A stretch of DNA of 64,000 nucleotides from Octopus sinensis (taxonomy: Eukaryota), in contig NC_043002.1 of NCBI RefSeq assembly GCF_006345805.1, positions 40,796,001 through 40,860,000 of the forward strand. The letters run 5' to 3'. Below the pieces are notes generated by a model. That model searched no databases and was not told the origin of the DNA. It was given only the letters and a program-made list of their open reading frames with translations. Shown in pieces: positions 14,153 to 26,757 of the stretch. Both the position numbers and the translations under genes were made by a program. Numbering within the stretch: position 1 is the first letter of the stretch; each line of letters begins with the position of its first letter.

Positions 14153-14370
14153 TACAAAACAAAAAATAAATAAATAAAACGTATGACAAACAGGTTAAAA
14201 ATTAAGATACAATATAAATATATAGAATAAAAAGATCCATCTACAAATGGGATAAGAAGCCACAAACCAAAGGAGGATAAGAGCACCCAATGATTCCAGT
14301 CACACTTGTTCTTGTCTGACTGCAACCAAGAACTAGCTCTTTCAAATCCACCAGTTTTACTGCTCTACAC

Positions 14371-14557
14371 CAGTGCTCTGCAACTGGTATGCCATGGCAC
14401 ACTGGTGTGCCGTGAGCCAATGCTAGGTGTGCTGTAGTGTAACCTGAATATTATTTTTTTTCTCTATACTTTTAGTTATATTTTTAGTTCCAGTGTGCCA
14501 CCAAATTTTGAAAAGAATATAAATGTACTGCAAGTGAAAAATGGTTGTGGAGTGCTG
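14371..14557. mobile_element. hAT (Charlie/Buster-type) MITE
   Basis: Imperfect TIRs CAGTGCTCTGCAAC / GTTGTGGAGTGCTG; 8-bp TSD CTCTACAC / CTCTACAT. Confidence 0.8.
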
Positions 14558-15924
14558 CTCTACATCCACCCTTTTACCAGTTTACTTGAGATCAGCACAG
14601 CTTTCTCCAACCTCACCTTCCACTTTGACTGATACTCGATGAAGTAGGTGAGAAGCTGGTTGGAAATCTGGGATCTTTACCTTTTGACTGACAGATTTAA
14701 AAAATAATTTTTTGTAACTAAACACTTTCAAACTTCGGACACTGGCAGAATGTATCATATAAAACATCTTTTACTCTTAACATTTTTGAGAAAAACTTAT
14801 ATTTAGGAAGTTATTTCACGTTAAAGTTGTCCTATTTCAGTAATTTCAACCAATCAATGACGTGTATTCAGCTGAATAAAATTATTGCTGCTCTTTGTCA
14901 ACAACAATTGGCGGTGTATTTTTCGTTTGTCACTGTTAAAGATTTGAAATCTGTTCACAAGCTTTCCAGATGTGTTCACCTTGTGACCATTAAGCTGTAG
15001 CCACATGGGGTGGGTAAAACTGCCTGCCCCCTCCTCGACAAAGGATAATAATATTTTATCTTCTAAATTTTTACTTGTATCAGTCATTAGACTGTGGCCA
15101 TGCTGGGGCACCACCTTGAAAAATTTTAGTAGAATGAATCGATTCCAGTGCTTGTTACTGTTTTGTCAAGCCTGGCACTTATTCTATTGGTCTCTTTGGC
15201 AACCACTAAGTTACAGGGATGTAAACACACCACTACTGATTATGAAGCAGTGGCGGGGGACAAACATGTACACAAAGGTAATAACAATAATCCTTTCTAC
15301 TACAGGCACAGGGCCAGAAATTTCAGCGGAAGATGTAAATCAAGTATATTGATCCCAATGCTCAACAGGTACTTATTTAAATGACTCCCCCAAAAAATGA
15401 AAAGCAAAGTTGACCTTGGCGGAATTTGAACTCAGAATGTACCGCATTCTATATACGCTTGTCTATCCTCTTTTCACCATCACCAAACCCTGCAATAACT
15501 AGAATTCCTTTACAAAATCTCATCCCTCAGGAATTTCTTTACTGCACATATTTTTCCTGCAGTTGTTGATTTGAGAGAGTTTAAGTGTAATGTTAACTGC
15601 AACAATCTCACTAGTCTCAGAGGATTTGTAAACGTAAAGAAACTTCCCCTTCTTCCAACCCTGTCTTGCAAAAGAAAGGCTTGGTGGATTGAACTGTAGT
15701 GGAAAATACCTACCCAGTGTGGGATCAAACTGGAGACCTTGTAATTGCGAAACTAAAATTCAGCCATGCCTGCATACAAATTATAATATTTACAATATAA
15801 AATATTTTCAATGTGTTCAAAGCACATATCAAACAAACATTTTATTAATGTGTCCAAAGAACTTAAAGCTTTACAAATCTCTCTTTCTCTCTCTCTTTAC
15901 CAAGTCCTTTAGAAACTTTAATAA

Positions 15925-16420
15925 TAATGAAATTATTGTATACAGTGCTCAGGTGCACCACAACTTGTCAGAAAGTGCATATAAAGTACATGCAGTAATG
16001 TAGAAATGTCTGGAAAGTGAACATGCTTGTGTGTGTATGGAGGGGAGAAAATCAAGTGTAGTGTTGGCGAATCTCAGAAAGCATGGAAGTCTTGAAGGAT
16101 GCAGTGCTCCGACAACTAACAACCGATGCCGGCAGTTTGTTCCACGCTTCAGCAACTCTCAGCGTGAAAAAATGTTTCCTGAAGTCATGGGAGCTATGCT
16201 GTTTTCTTACTTTGTAAATATGTCCACGGGTGTTAGATGGGTGGAGTTTGAAGAGGTGCTCAGTGTTATTGTTTGTGCGATGGTTGATAATTTTATGGGT
16301 GTCTGCCAGGTCAGCTGCCAGACGTCGGAGTTTCAATGTGTCCATGCCCAGGGAAGTAAGGCGTTCAGGATATGGCAAATGCCTGATGGAGGGTATTCTT
16401 TTGGTTGCACAATAAAACAG
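15925..16420 (-). mobile_element. CR1-like LINE 3' fragment
   Basis: [34 protein letters not shown]; (AAT)n tail. Confidence 0.85.
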
Positions 16421-16533
16421 TCACCTAACTTAACTATTATTTTTTTTATTGTTTCTCATGGGATCTCATCAAGTTTTCATGGAATCCTAAAATACACTGC
16501 TTAACTCCTCTACTAAATGATTCTACCGTCTTA

Positions 16534-16745
16534 AGGTGGCAAGCTGGCAGAATCCTTAGTATGCTAGGCAAAATGTTTAGTAACATTTCGTCTGTCTTCT
16601 CGTTCTGAGTTCAAATTTCGGTGAGATCGACTTTACCTTTTGTCCTTTCGGGGTCGCTAAAATAAGTACCAGCTGAATACCGAGGTCGATATTATTGACA
16701 TACTCCCGCCCCAGAAAACTGCAGACTTTGTGCCAACATCTGAAA
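16534..16745 (+). mobile_element. tRNA-derived SINE group A (other copies: 1366-1594-, 7925-8140-, 8795-8968-, 9297-9510-, 18660-18880-, 38443-38640+, 62150-62372-)
   Basis: A-box-like TGGCAGAA..TTAG and B-box GAGTTCAAATT; shared body GTCGACTTTGCCTTTCATCCTTTCGGGGTCGATAAA in many copies. Confidence 0.8.
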
Positions 16746-17421
16746 CCGATATTGGATCATCTCGTTAATGTAAGTAGACTATTCGTCAAAAACAAAGGAT
16801 AATAACTTTTTACTAACCATTTCAGAGTTATGTCCCTTGAAATTTATTAATATTTAAAGGTTGATTTAATCAAATTAATTGAAAGGCCTTTATGTGGTCC
16901 ACTGAATTGTTAGAAATAGTAGTCAAATTTTCCTCAAACTGTCTCATAAAGAACTTACTGGATAATGTCGGAAGTACACTATCTTTGCTGGAAAGACAGG
17001 CTGGTCATGGCTTTTAATTATAGATCTGTTTGATCTATAAGGGATGACCTGGGGGTTTAAATAACAGCAGCAACCCGATCTGTTGAGATATTAGATGCTT
17101 CTCACTTGCATGCTACCACATTTACCAACTAAGAAAAAAACAAGAAACGCTTTTAAAAATCCCAAATGACTCACCTGTTGTTGAAGGAAGGTGTAGAATA
17201 TAATTAATAGACATTATTAATCAATAATGCTACTTGTTGATACCAAATCTCAAGATAACATTTCTGCTAATTAAATTAATATGTACCACCTCAGTCCTAT
17301 ATAATCTTAACAAAAAATGAAGTAGACTGACATGTAAATTTTGAACCTGTGGAAGGCATACTAGATGCTGAAATATCGTTCAACCAATTTCACATGATAA
17401 CTACGGCACTCTTCTATTTTT

Positions 17422-18619
17422 CATCATCATCATCGTTTAACGTCCGCTTTCCATGCTAGCATGGGTTGGACGGTTTGACTGGGGTCTGGGAAGCCAGGAG
17501 GCTGCACCAGGCAGTGTTTCTACAGCTGGATGCCCTTCCTAACGCCAACCACTCCATGAGTGTAGTGGGTACTTTTTACGTGCCACCGGTACAGGTGCCA
17601 GGCGAGGCTGGCAACAGCCACAATCGGTTGGTGCTTTTTATGTGCCACCGGCACGAAGGCCATTTTCGGATGGTTCTTTTATGTGCCACCGGCACTGGTA
17701 TCACAACTACAATTTCCATTGATCTTTGATCGATTTCAATTTCACTTGCCTCAACAGGTCTTCGCAAGCAGAGTTTTGTGTCCCAAGAAAGAAAGGTATG
17801 CATAAGTCGACTCTACCAGGTAGAGGCCATGGGTTATGGTCTCACTTGTCCTGCCTGGTCTTCTCACGCACAGCATACTTCCAAAGGTCTTGGTCACTAG
17901 TCATTGCCTCGGTGAGACCCAATGTTCAAATGTCATGCTTCACCACCTCGTCCACAAGTTTCCTCAACTGCTAGGGTGTGGCCACAAGTTCCCTCAACTG
18001 CTAGGGTGTGGCACTTTTTCACACAACCATCTTCATCCATTCGCGCCACATGACCATACCAGCACAATCGTTTCTCTTGCACACCACAACTGATGTTTCT
18101 TAGGTCCAACTTTTCTCTCAAGGTGCTTACACTGTCGAGTATGAATACTGACATTACACATCCATCGGAACATACTGGTTTCATTTCTTGCAAGCTTACG
18201 CACATCCTCAGCAGTCACGGCCAATGTTTCACTGCCATGTAGCATGGCTGTTCGTACACATGCGTCATACAGTCTGCCTTTTACTCTGAGCGAGAGGCCT
18301 TTAGTCATCAGCAGAGGTAAGAGCTCTCTGAACTTTGCCCAGGCTATTCTTACTCTAGCATTTACACTTTCAGCACACCCGCCCCTGCTACTGACTTGGT
18401 CACCTAGGTAACGGAAGCTATCGACTACTTCTAGTTTTTCTCCCTGGAATGTGGCGGAAGTTGTTCTCTGCACATTTTCAGTGTTTATTGCTCCTGAGCA
18501 TCTGCCACATACAAAAACTATCTTCCTAGTTAGCCTTCCTTTGACATTGCTGCACCTTTTATGTGTCCATAGCTTACACTTTGTACATCTTATAGAGTTT
18601 CTCTTACACTTGGTACATC

Positions 18620-18622
<3 letters not shown>
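17422..18622 (-). mobile_element. RTE-clade LINE 3' fragment (same family), with tail
   Basis: [33 protein letters not shown]; same 3' UTR and repeat array; (CAT)n on the + strand. Confidence 0.9.
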
Positions 18623-18662
<40 letters not shown>

Positions 18663-20241
18663 TCCTTTCTACTAAAGGTACAAGGCCTGAAATTTGATGG
18701 GAGGAGGCTAGTTGATTATATCAACCCCCATGTTTCACTGTTACTTAATTTATCGACCCTGAAGGGCTGACAGGTAAAGTTGATCTCAGCAGAATTTGAA
18801 CTCAGAATGTAGCAACAGTCAAAATACTGCTAAACATTTTGCCCTGTGTGCTAACGATTTTGCTAGCTCGCCACCTTAATAATATTAATAGTGGCTCTCA
18901 TGGCTTTCGATCATAACTGATTGGAAGTGTTATCATGTACATTGTTTTGTCTTGGTATGAAAGATGGGCTATAGCAAATATCCTACTCAATACCACAGAT
19001 TTGCTTGTCAGTTGTTTGACCTTGACCAGTTGAGCATGTCCCTTAGTGGTTGATGATATGTGCATCTCTGATTACCAGCAGAACTAGTGGGGGTGCAGCA
19101 TAGCCATGTGTTGAGAGGAATTCTTTGGGATTTGAATAATTTACCTGTGGAAACATGTGTGTTTCATTTATCATCCCTAAACAAGCCTTATTCAGGGACC
19201 TTTTGAGCAGGATGGGCTACTCAACCCGATGAAAATTCTAACTGGGCCCCACTTGCAAGGGCATTCACTATTTATCTTGATATAAGATCACTATGTTTTG
19301 CACATATGTTTGTGATGCATGTGCCTGGTGTACCCTTATCAGACGGGTAGTCATGATGGGTATGTTGGGCTTCATATATTTTACCCCAAGGTCACTTTGA
19401 TGGCGTACACTGTTCTCTCACTCAATAGTAATAATAATCATCATCACCATCATTTAAGGATGTCCACTTTCCATGCTTATATGGGTTGGATGTTGGAGTT
19501 TATTTGGGGCAGATTTTCTATGGCTGGATACTCTTCTTGTCAACAACAATCACCTGCTTTCAAGTGAGGTAATATTTCTTCATAGCCAGGTGTGTTCTTG
19601 CAGAATATTGGAAATGAATGACACTGCTTTTAAGACAGTGACACTCATTTACAACTATGACGTAATGTAAGAACACACAAACACAAAAATGATGGGCTTC
19701 TTTCAGTTTCTGTCTACCAAATCCATTCACAAGGCTTTGGTTGGCCAAGGGTCATAGTAGAAGACACTTGCCCAAGGTGCCATACAGTGGTACTGAACTC
19801 AGAACGATATGGTTGGGAAATAAACTTCTTACCACACAACCATGCCTGTGCCTATAATGAAAAAATATGCTAACAGATAGAGTGCATGTTATAGTATTGG
19901 AATCTAAAGTAGGGATGAACATAGTAAGTGGAGCAATTCAACAAGGAAGTGTTTTTTTTTCATCATTACTGTCTTTATAACACAATATCATCACCATCAT
20001 CAGTCAATAACGAAACTAAATATATAGTGTCATTATTAACTGAGGGTGTATGTGACCAAAACATTTTTCTAACTTTGTGAATTAAAATTAATTTTTAATT
20101 AATAGAAAATATTTAATTTGAATTTCGTTTTTGTATTTGGTTTGCAAGAGTCCTCAAAGACACAAGCAAAATTTAATTTCAAGGAATACAATATATAGAT
20201 CAATTTTTAATTTTTAATTCAAAAGAATAATACACACACAC

Positions 20242-20450
20242 TTGTATGTATGTATGTATGTATGTATGTATGTATGTATGTATGTATGTATGTATGTATG
20301 TATGTATGTATGTTGTATGTATGTATGTATGTATGTATGCATGTATGTGTGTGTGTGTATGTATGTATGTATTTGTATGTATGTATTTGTATGTATATAT
20401 GTATTATGTATGTATGTATGTATGTATGTATTTGTATGGTGTGTGTGTAT
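20242..20450. repeat. (TATG)n array
   Basis: Seen directly. Confidence 0.95.
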
Positions 20451-21802
20451 GAGTTTTTGTTCCTGTGTAGATGTTGATGTGTTGTATATTTGTGAGTGTA
20501 AATTATCTCTTTCATGTTTACAACATGGCGACTGTAGATTTCTTTCTTTTATCATAGTGCAACATTAAAAAAAAAAAAAAGATACAAAACAAAAGCCACA
20601 AGCTTATAAAAAAAACTAATAGAATTTATACTCAATCTAACAATTTGAAAACCATTTTTTGTCTTTTTCTGCATGATTGTAAATGGCTCAAAGTTATTTA
20701 TGTTGAAAAAATAAGGAACAGACCATCAATTATTTTCCAGTTGTCTTAGTACAATATTTTATGCCATTTATGTAAGCTCTGTCATATTTAGATCTTAACT
20801 CTGATCAAACATGATGGCTAACTATTCGTAAAGAAAAAAATATTATCATAAAAAAGTAATTTTTTTTCCTGTGCGTTTTGTTTACATAAATAGAGACACC
20901 TGAAGTTTGGGTTGAAAACTTTATTTTGGAAGAAGGAAGATTAAAAATTTATTTTGTTTTAGAATAGATCTACTTACTGAAGAGGAAAAGAGCTAATTTT
21001 ATCTTGTTGAGAAGCACAATATCTCCTAGAATTTCTTAAAGAGAAGACTATTACAAGATATGAAAAATGTTCCTTTATGGAAGTGACAGCTAAACAATGG
21101 CAATTTTGAACTCTGTGCAGTAACAACTAAGAAAAAAATACAGAAGACAAGTAAAATACAGAAACTAAATATTCTATTAGAAAATAAAACTGGAAGCTGT
21201 TGTCATCTGAAAAGCCTATTCTGATTATATGTCTGTAATCATAATAGATCTTTTAATAGGGTGATAGATGAGTTATTACTAGTATAGTGTACATTAATTA
21301 GACCAGTAATCTCATCTATTGTTTCTATCAACATCACTGATTGAACTGTAGTTTTTCCAATCACTCTCAGATGGCATATTTCAATGCTGTCATTCATTAC
21401 ATAAGAATCTGAGAGTCAAATTCACATTGATAAATACAATACACATAACACACACACACTTGGAATTCTATTTACTTCTTTGTTATTCTTGTTTAGCTCC
21501 AGATCTGCCTTGATTGAGCAAGCTTACGATCAATAGCATTCAACTCATGAACATCTCGTCTTTCTACAAGCATTCTAAAGCCTAGACTACATTTTCCAAT
21601 CTTTGAGGCACAGCCATGGCTGTGTGGTAAGAAGTTTGGTTCTCGGTTCAGTCCCATTGCATGACACCTTAGGCAAGTGCCTCCTGCTGCAGCCCTAGGC
21701 TGATCAAAGCCTTGCGAGTGTATTTTGTAGATGGGAGCTGAAAGAAGCCCATCATATATATATATATATACATACACACACACATACATACATACATACA
21801 TA

Positions 21803-23056
21803 CAAGGTGCATAAGGTATTTGAGGACATACCTTTTTGGGGTCATTGTTGCATTTTTTGCTAACTCTGTATAATCTTTGTTTCAGAAAATAATAATGGCA
21901 GACCCTCAGCTTAATCAAGAAATGAAGAGGCATGCTGTTATTGTGGTTATAAAGGCTGACCATAGCGATTTAGAAATATCTCGATTTTTAAAATTTGCCA
22001 GATCTTTCATATACAAAGTTTGTAAGAGACTGAAAATGGAAACGTATCACCAGTATCAAAGCATAAAAAGCATTCTAAATGCTCTCAAATCATCAGAACA
22101 TCTGAATTTATCCAGCAAGTTCAACAAACCATTGATTACAATCTGAGAAATTCATGAGATTAATTGCAAAAGATCTCCATGTGTCAGAAGGAACAGTCAG
22201 AAATGTTGTCCATGAAGACATGATATAAATCTTATATGATGAGGAAAGGTCAGTTTGCCAGAAAAAAGCAAAAGAAAATCACTACATCAGATCTAAAAGG
22301 CTCTTAAACAAACTGAAAAAAATCCAGCAAAAGATTTGATTTGGCTTTTCTCAAACATGAAAAACCTTGACCAAGATCAAAAAGTTAACAGAAGAAATGA
22401 CAGATGGTTATGTGCAGACCTTTCTGAAGTTCCAAGTGTTATGCATACAAAATTTCCTGCAACTGTCATGGTTTTAGTGGTTGTCAGCAATGAAGGACAT
22501 GTGATGCCTCCTTACTTCTTTCCACAAAGCCTTAGAGTTAACTCTGCCACCTACATTGAGTGTCTGGAAATAATTGCTAAGCCCTGTATAGATAGTGTAT
22601 GCAATGGAAGGCCATACGTGTTTCAGTAAGACTCTGCACTATCACACACAACTCTAGTAACACAGGAATGGATGGCTGAAAATATTCATGATCACATAAC
22701 CCCTAACACTTGGCCTCCTAATTCCCCAGATTTCAATCCATTGGACTATTACATGTGGAGCGTTGTTGAGAGAGAGGTCAATGAACACGCTCAAAACACC
22801 AAAGACTCTTTGAAAGCTGCTATAGTCAGAGTAATGTCCAAAATGAACCAGGACTACTTGATACGAGTATGTAGATGATTTAGATTTCATATAGAAGCAG
22901 ATGTTGAAGCTGAAGGTGGCTTTATTGAATACATTATAGAAAAGAAGGTTTATCTTTACCCTCATAGCATGTTTTGATTAATAAAGTTATCATCTGTTAT
23001 CATATATCTGTTTTTTTATAAACATAAATCTGTCCTCAAATATCTTATGCACCCTG
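21803..23056 (+). mobile_element. Near-full-length decayed Tc1/mariner element, maT (DD37D) type
   Basis: 28-bp TIRs (CAAGGTGCATAAGGTATTTGAGGACATA / reverse complement CAGGGTGCATAAGATATTTGAGGACAGA), TA on both sides. Frameshifted transposase with VFQ*DSA...WPPNSPDFNPLDY; 37 residues between the 2nd and 3rd Asp. Confidence 0.88.
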
Positions 23057-23829
23057 TATGTGTATATATATAGGGGAAAATTCACAAAAAAAAAAAACAA
23101 ATGATGAAGACAGCTGGTGTAGACAACAAATAGATGTATTAGTTTAATGTTCGGGAAGTGAAAAAGCCTACGCTCTTCCACAGAAAGGAACACAGAAAAA
23201 AACAAGGAGAGAAAATAAAGAATGTGAAGTGGCTAGCGATCTATCAATGCGAATGCTGGACAGAAGTGTCGTACAGGAGAGCTTGGAAGAAGGGGAGATA
23301 ATAAAGTAGTGGTGATCCCAAAATGAAGATGTGCGCATGTGTGTATAAGAGAGTATGTATGTGCATGTGGAAGAGGGCTGGTAACATTGATGTGTACATG
23401 TGTGTATGTGTAGATGGTGGCTGGGAAGTGGTCAGTGCTAGTGTGTGCATGGTGGTGTGATGTGATGTGTTGTGTGGTATGGTGTAGTGTGATGGTGTTG
23501 GGTGGTAGGGGAGGCGAGAGTGGGGAAAGCAAGGGTGGGGTGTGGGTTAGGCTGAAAGTAGGGGTAGAGGTGGGGTATGTGGGTAGGCAGAGGTAGGGTA
23601 TATGGATAGGCAAAGGTGAGGTATGTGGAAGGGGAAGGATAGGGAAGGTGGGGTTGGAATGTGTAGAGGTGGGGTGGGGTTATGAGGGAGGGGTGACGAT
23701 GAAGGGAGGAAGGAGAAGGTGGGCAAGAGTGAAGAGAGGAGAGCAGAAGTTAAGAGAAGTAGGAGTCGGAGCAAGAGAGGTGAGGTGTGTGGGATGAAGT
23801 GGATGTGAGGGGGGAGAGAGAGACGAGGG

Positions 23830-24160
23830 AAGGAGGTTAAATGAAGAGGGGAGGAAAGTTGAGCCCATGTGGCACAAAGGAGGGAAGAGAGAAGATTAAT
23901 CCCTGTTCACGGTGCAAACGGGAGTCCAGATGGCCCCTGTGCAAGGACAATCCGAACAAAGACAGTTTTTGCAAAGAGTGACCAGTAGAGCGGAAATGGT
24001 GTGAGACCAGGGTGTCATTGTCGAGTCGAATGTCTTGGAGGAGTTACGCGAACCAGTCAGCCAAGCAGCGTCCATTTGCCCGAGAGCAGGAGATGCAGTA
24101 GATGACATTGGTAGAAGTGCAGGTGAAGGAGTCAATGATGTGATAAGGTCGATGATGGGT
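23830..24160 (-). mobile_element. Penelope-like retroelement fragment, GIY-YIG endonuclease C-terminus (pseudogenised); pyrimidine-rich 3' region extends to ~23100
   Basis: Minus-strand translation: DSFTCTSTNVIYCISCSR..GRCLADWFA*LLQDIRLDNDTLVSHHFRSTGHS...REQGLIFSLPSFVPHGLN, the typical PLE GIY-YIG pattern with the YIG motif deleted. Confidence 0.82.
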
Positions 24161-25551
24161 TATTTATACATACATATATATATACATATATTTACGTGTA
24201 TATGTATTATATATATATATATACATACATATATATATATATGTGAGTGTGTGTGTACATACATGTATATATCATCTTCATCATTTAACATTAGTCTTCC
24301 ATGCTGGCATATGTATATGTATGTATGTTCTTGTGTGTGCCTTCATTAGGTATTTCATGAAGATTCTAAAAGAGCATCATTGCCATACAGGCTAGGGTGT
24401 TCATTTCCAGTCTTCAGTGAAAAACATATCTGGCCATAGGGAAATATTACCTTGCTTGGAAACTGGTGAGGGTTGGTAACAGGAAGGGCATTTGGCCATA
24501 GAAAATCTGCCTAACCCGTCATCCCCTGGTGAAAGGAGCAGTCTGCAAGAGTCCTGTGCCCTTGCCACTTAAAAAGCATTTGTGCTTGTTGTACATAAAA
24601 GTGCCCAGCATACAGTGTAAAATGGGCATCCAGCTGTAGAAACCATACCAAATCAGACTGGAGCCTGGTGCAGCTCTCCAGCTCTGGTCAAAAAATCCAA
24701 CCCATGCCAGCATGGAAAACAGATGTTAAATGATGATGATGATATATAAGTGTGTGTGTGTGTGTATATCTTTGTGTCTGTGTTTGTCGCCCATCACTAC
24801 TTGACAACCAGTGTTAGTTTGTTTATGTCCATGTAACTTAGCTGTTTAGCATTAAGAGACTGACAGGATATGTATCAGGCTTTAAAAAAAAATAGATACT
24901 AGGGTTGATTCATTGAACTAAAAGTTCTTCAAGGCAGTGCTCCAGCATGGCCACAGTCTAATGATTGAAACATAAAAAAAAAAAAATAAGATACAACTTT
25001 TCATTGCATATGTGGAAGCAACAAAAACTTTTTAGGGGATATTTCTCTCCAAATCATTTATCTTTTAATTGTTTCAGTCTTTGGATTGTGGCCATGCTGG
25101 GACATTATCTCAAAGGGTTCAGTTGAACAAATTGATCCCAGTTTATTTTTCTTAAGCCTTGTACTCATTCTGTTGTTCTTTTTTTGCTGAACCGCAAAGT
25201 TAGGAGAGTGTAAACAAACCACCTTCAGTTATTAAGTGGTGGTGGAATAACAACCATACACACACAAGCATGTACTAGTGTAGCTAGGACAGGGCGGTAG
25301 GAGTGACTCTTTTCATCTTGTTACAGGCTATTGCTGTAGGCAACATGTATTTTTTGTGGTGTTTGGGGGCGGCAAATGGAAGGGCAACCTGGGTGGCACA
25401 CACTCTAGCTATGCTAGTTCACACATGCACAAAACAGGCTTCTTTCAGTTTTCATTGGGCAAATTCACTCACAAGGCATTGGTTGGCCCAGGGCTCTAGT
25501 AGAAGGAATTTGCCCAAAGTATTACACATTGAGACTGAACCTGAAACCATT

Positions 25552-25997
25552 GATACTAGGGTTATAATTATGGGTGACATTTTCATTTGACACCGCTAGA
25601 AAAAAAATCCCATTTTCCGTAGCGGTGTCGTATGAAATTGTCACCCATAATTATAACCCTAGTATCGATCTATTGCATTTCAATTTGTTTTAGGGTTAGG
25701 GGTGGGGGAAGGGTATCTTTTTTCTTCGCAAATGTAAATAGACCCAATCTGTTTCTTAAAGGAGGGACATATTCATACAGCACGGAATGCTTTCACCCCA
25801 AATGGACTCCAGCGGTTGGTTAAAATTGCCGAAATGCTCGATTTTAAAGTGGAAATATCTTACAAACTATAGAATTTTCTCAATAAAGCCAAGAAAAAAT
25901 GATGTTTTATAAACACATTCTACCAGTATACAAAGTTTAAAAGTGTTTAGTTAACAAGAAATTGTGTTGACATATGCCGTTCAAAAGGAAAAGATCC
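25552..25997. mobile_element. Non-autonomous element with a 47-bp-arm palindrome and TAGGGTTAGGG motif (Helentron/HINE-like, tentative)
   Basis: Arms 25552-25598 and 25620-25666 differ at 3 positions, with a 21-nt loop. Appears to interrupt a SINE remnant. Right boundary uncertain. Confidence 0.45.
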
Positions 25998-26266
25998 AAG
26001 CTTTGTAAGTCACTGGTGAATGAGTGTATGGTTGAGAGGACCCTTTAATCTTCTCTTGTCAAGGAAAAGACAATTTCTCTAGTGTTGATTCCATGATAAA
26101 ATGCACTCAAATGTGCCCTATAAAGAGGTTAGTTACAGGCAAGTCATTCAACCATAGAAACTAAGGCAAAAGTGAAACATACAACCCATCCGAGGGACTC
26201 AAAAACAATTTGTGGATCAGAGAGCACATCGCATACAAGGCAATCATTATGAAAATAAATAAAAAT

Positions 26267-26757
26267 GGAATTCTGGTTTAAGCACCTCGTGTAACTCCTC
26301 ACAACTGAAAAAAATATTTTGGAATTTTCAGAAAATTTTGTGAATTTGTGTTCTACACATGGGAATTCATACAAATATGAAAAAAAAAAAAAAGAAATTA
26401 AAAAAAAATTTTTCGAATTTAACAAAAAAAAATTATTTTAATTTTTCGAATTTTTCTTTAAAATCAGAAGTGTAAAATATGGACAGTCCGAATTCTTTGG
26501 CTAAATCCCAGCAATGGACCATAAAATGTGTTTTTGGGGAGAAAGTTATCGAAAACCATCAATACGTCAGAATGACAAAGAAACGAGGAAGGTATCAGGT
26601 GGTCGTGACATGCGCTAAAAATAACAGCCGTTTAATCACAAAAGATTCACATAATCGTATGAATTCCCGTGTATAGAACATAAATTCACCAAGATTTTCT
26701 GAAAATTTCAAAAAATAAAAAGCGAGGGGTTATATGAGGTGCTTAAACCAGAATTCC
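26267..26757. mobile_element. MITE with ~110-bp TIRs (superfamily unresolved)
   Basis: GGAATTCTGGTTTAAGCACCTC...GGGAATTCATAC on the left matches the reverse complement of 26643-26757. Confidence 0.75.

Noticed and set aside
15500-15705. LRR-like peptide NNLTSLRGF on the + strand
   Set aside because: A single partial motif with irregular spacing and no start codon or convincing exon pair.
17175-17214. Minus-strand mini-exon (MSINYILHLPSTT) with CAG|GTGAGT donor
   Set aside because: An isolated signal with an in-frame stop just upstream and no partner exons with recognisable product.
23150-23190. Hammerhead ribozyme at the Penelope end
   Set aside because: The CUGAUGA core is degenerate and the GAAA is missing in this copy.
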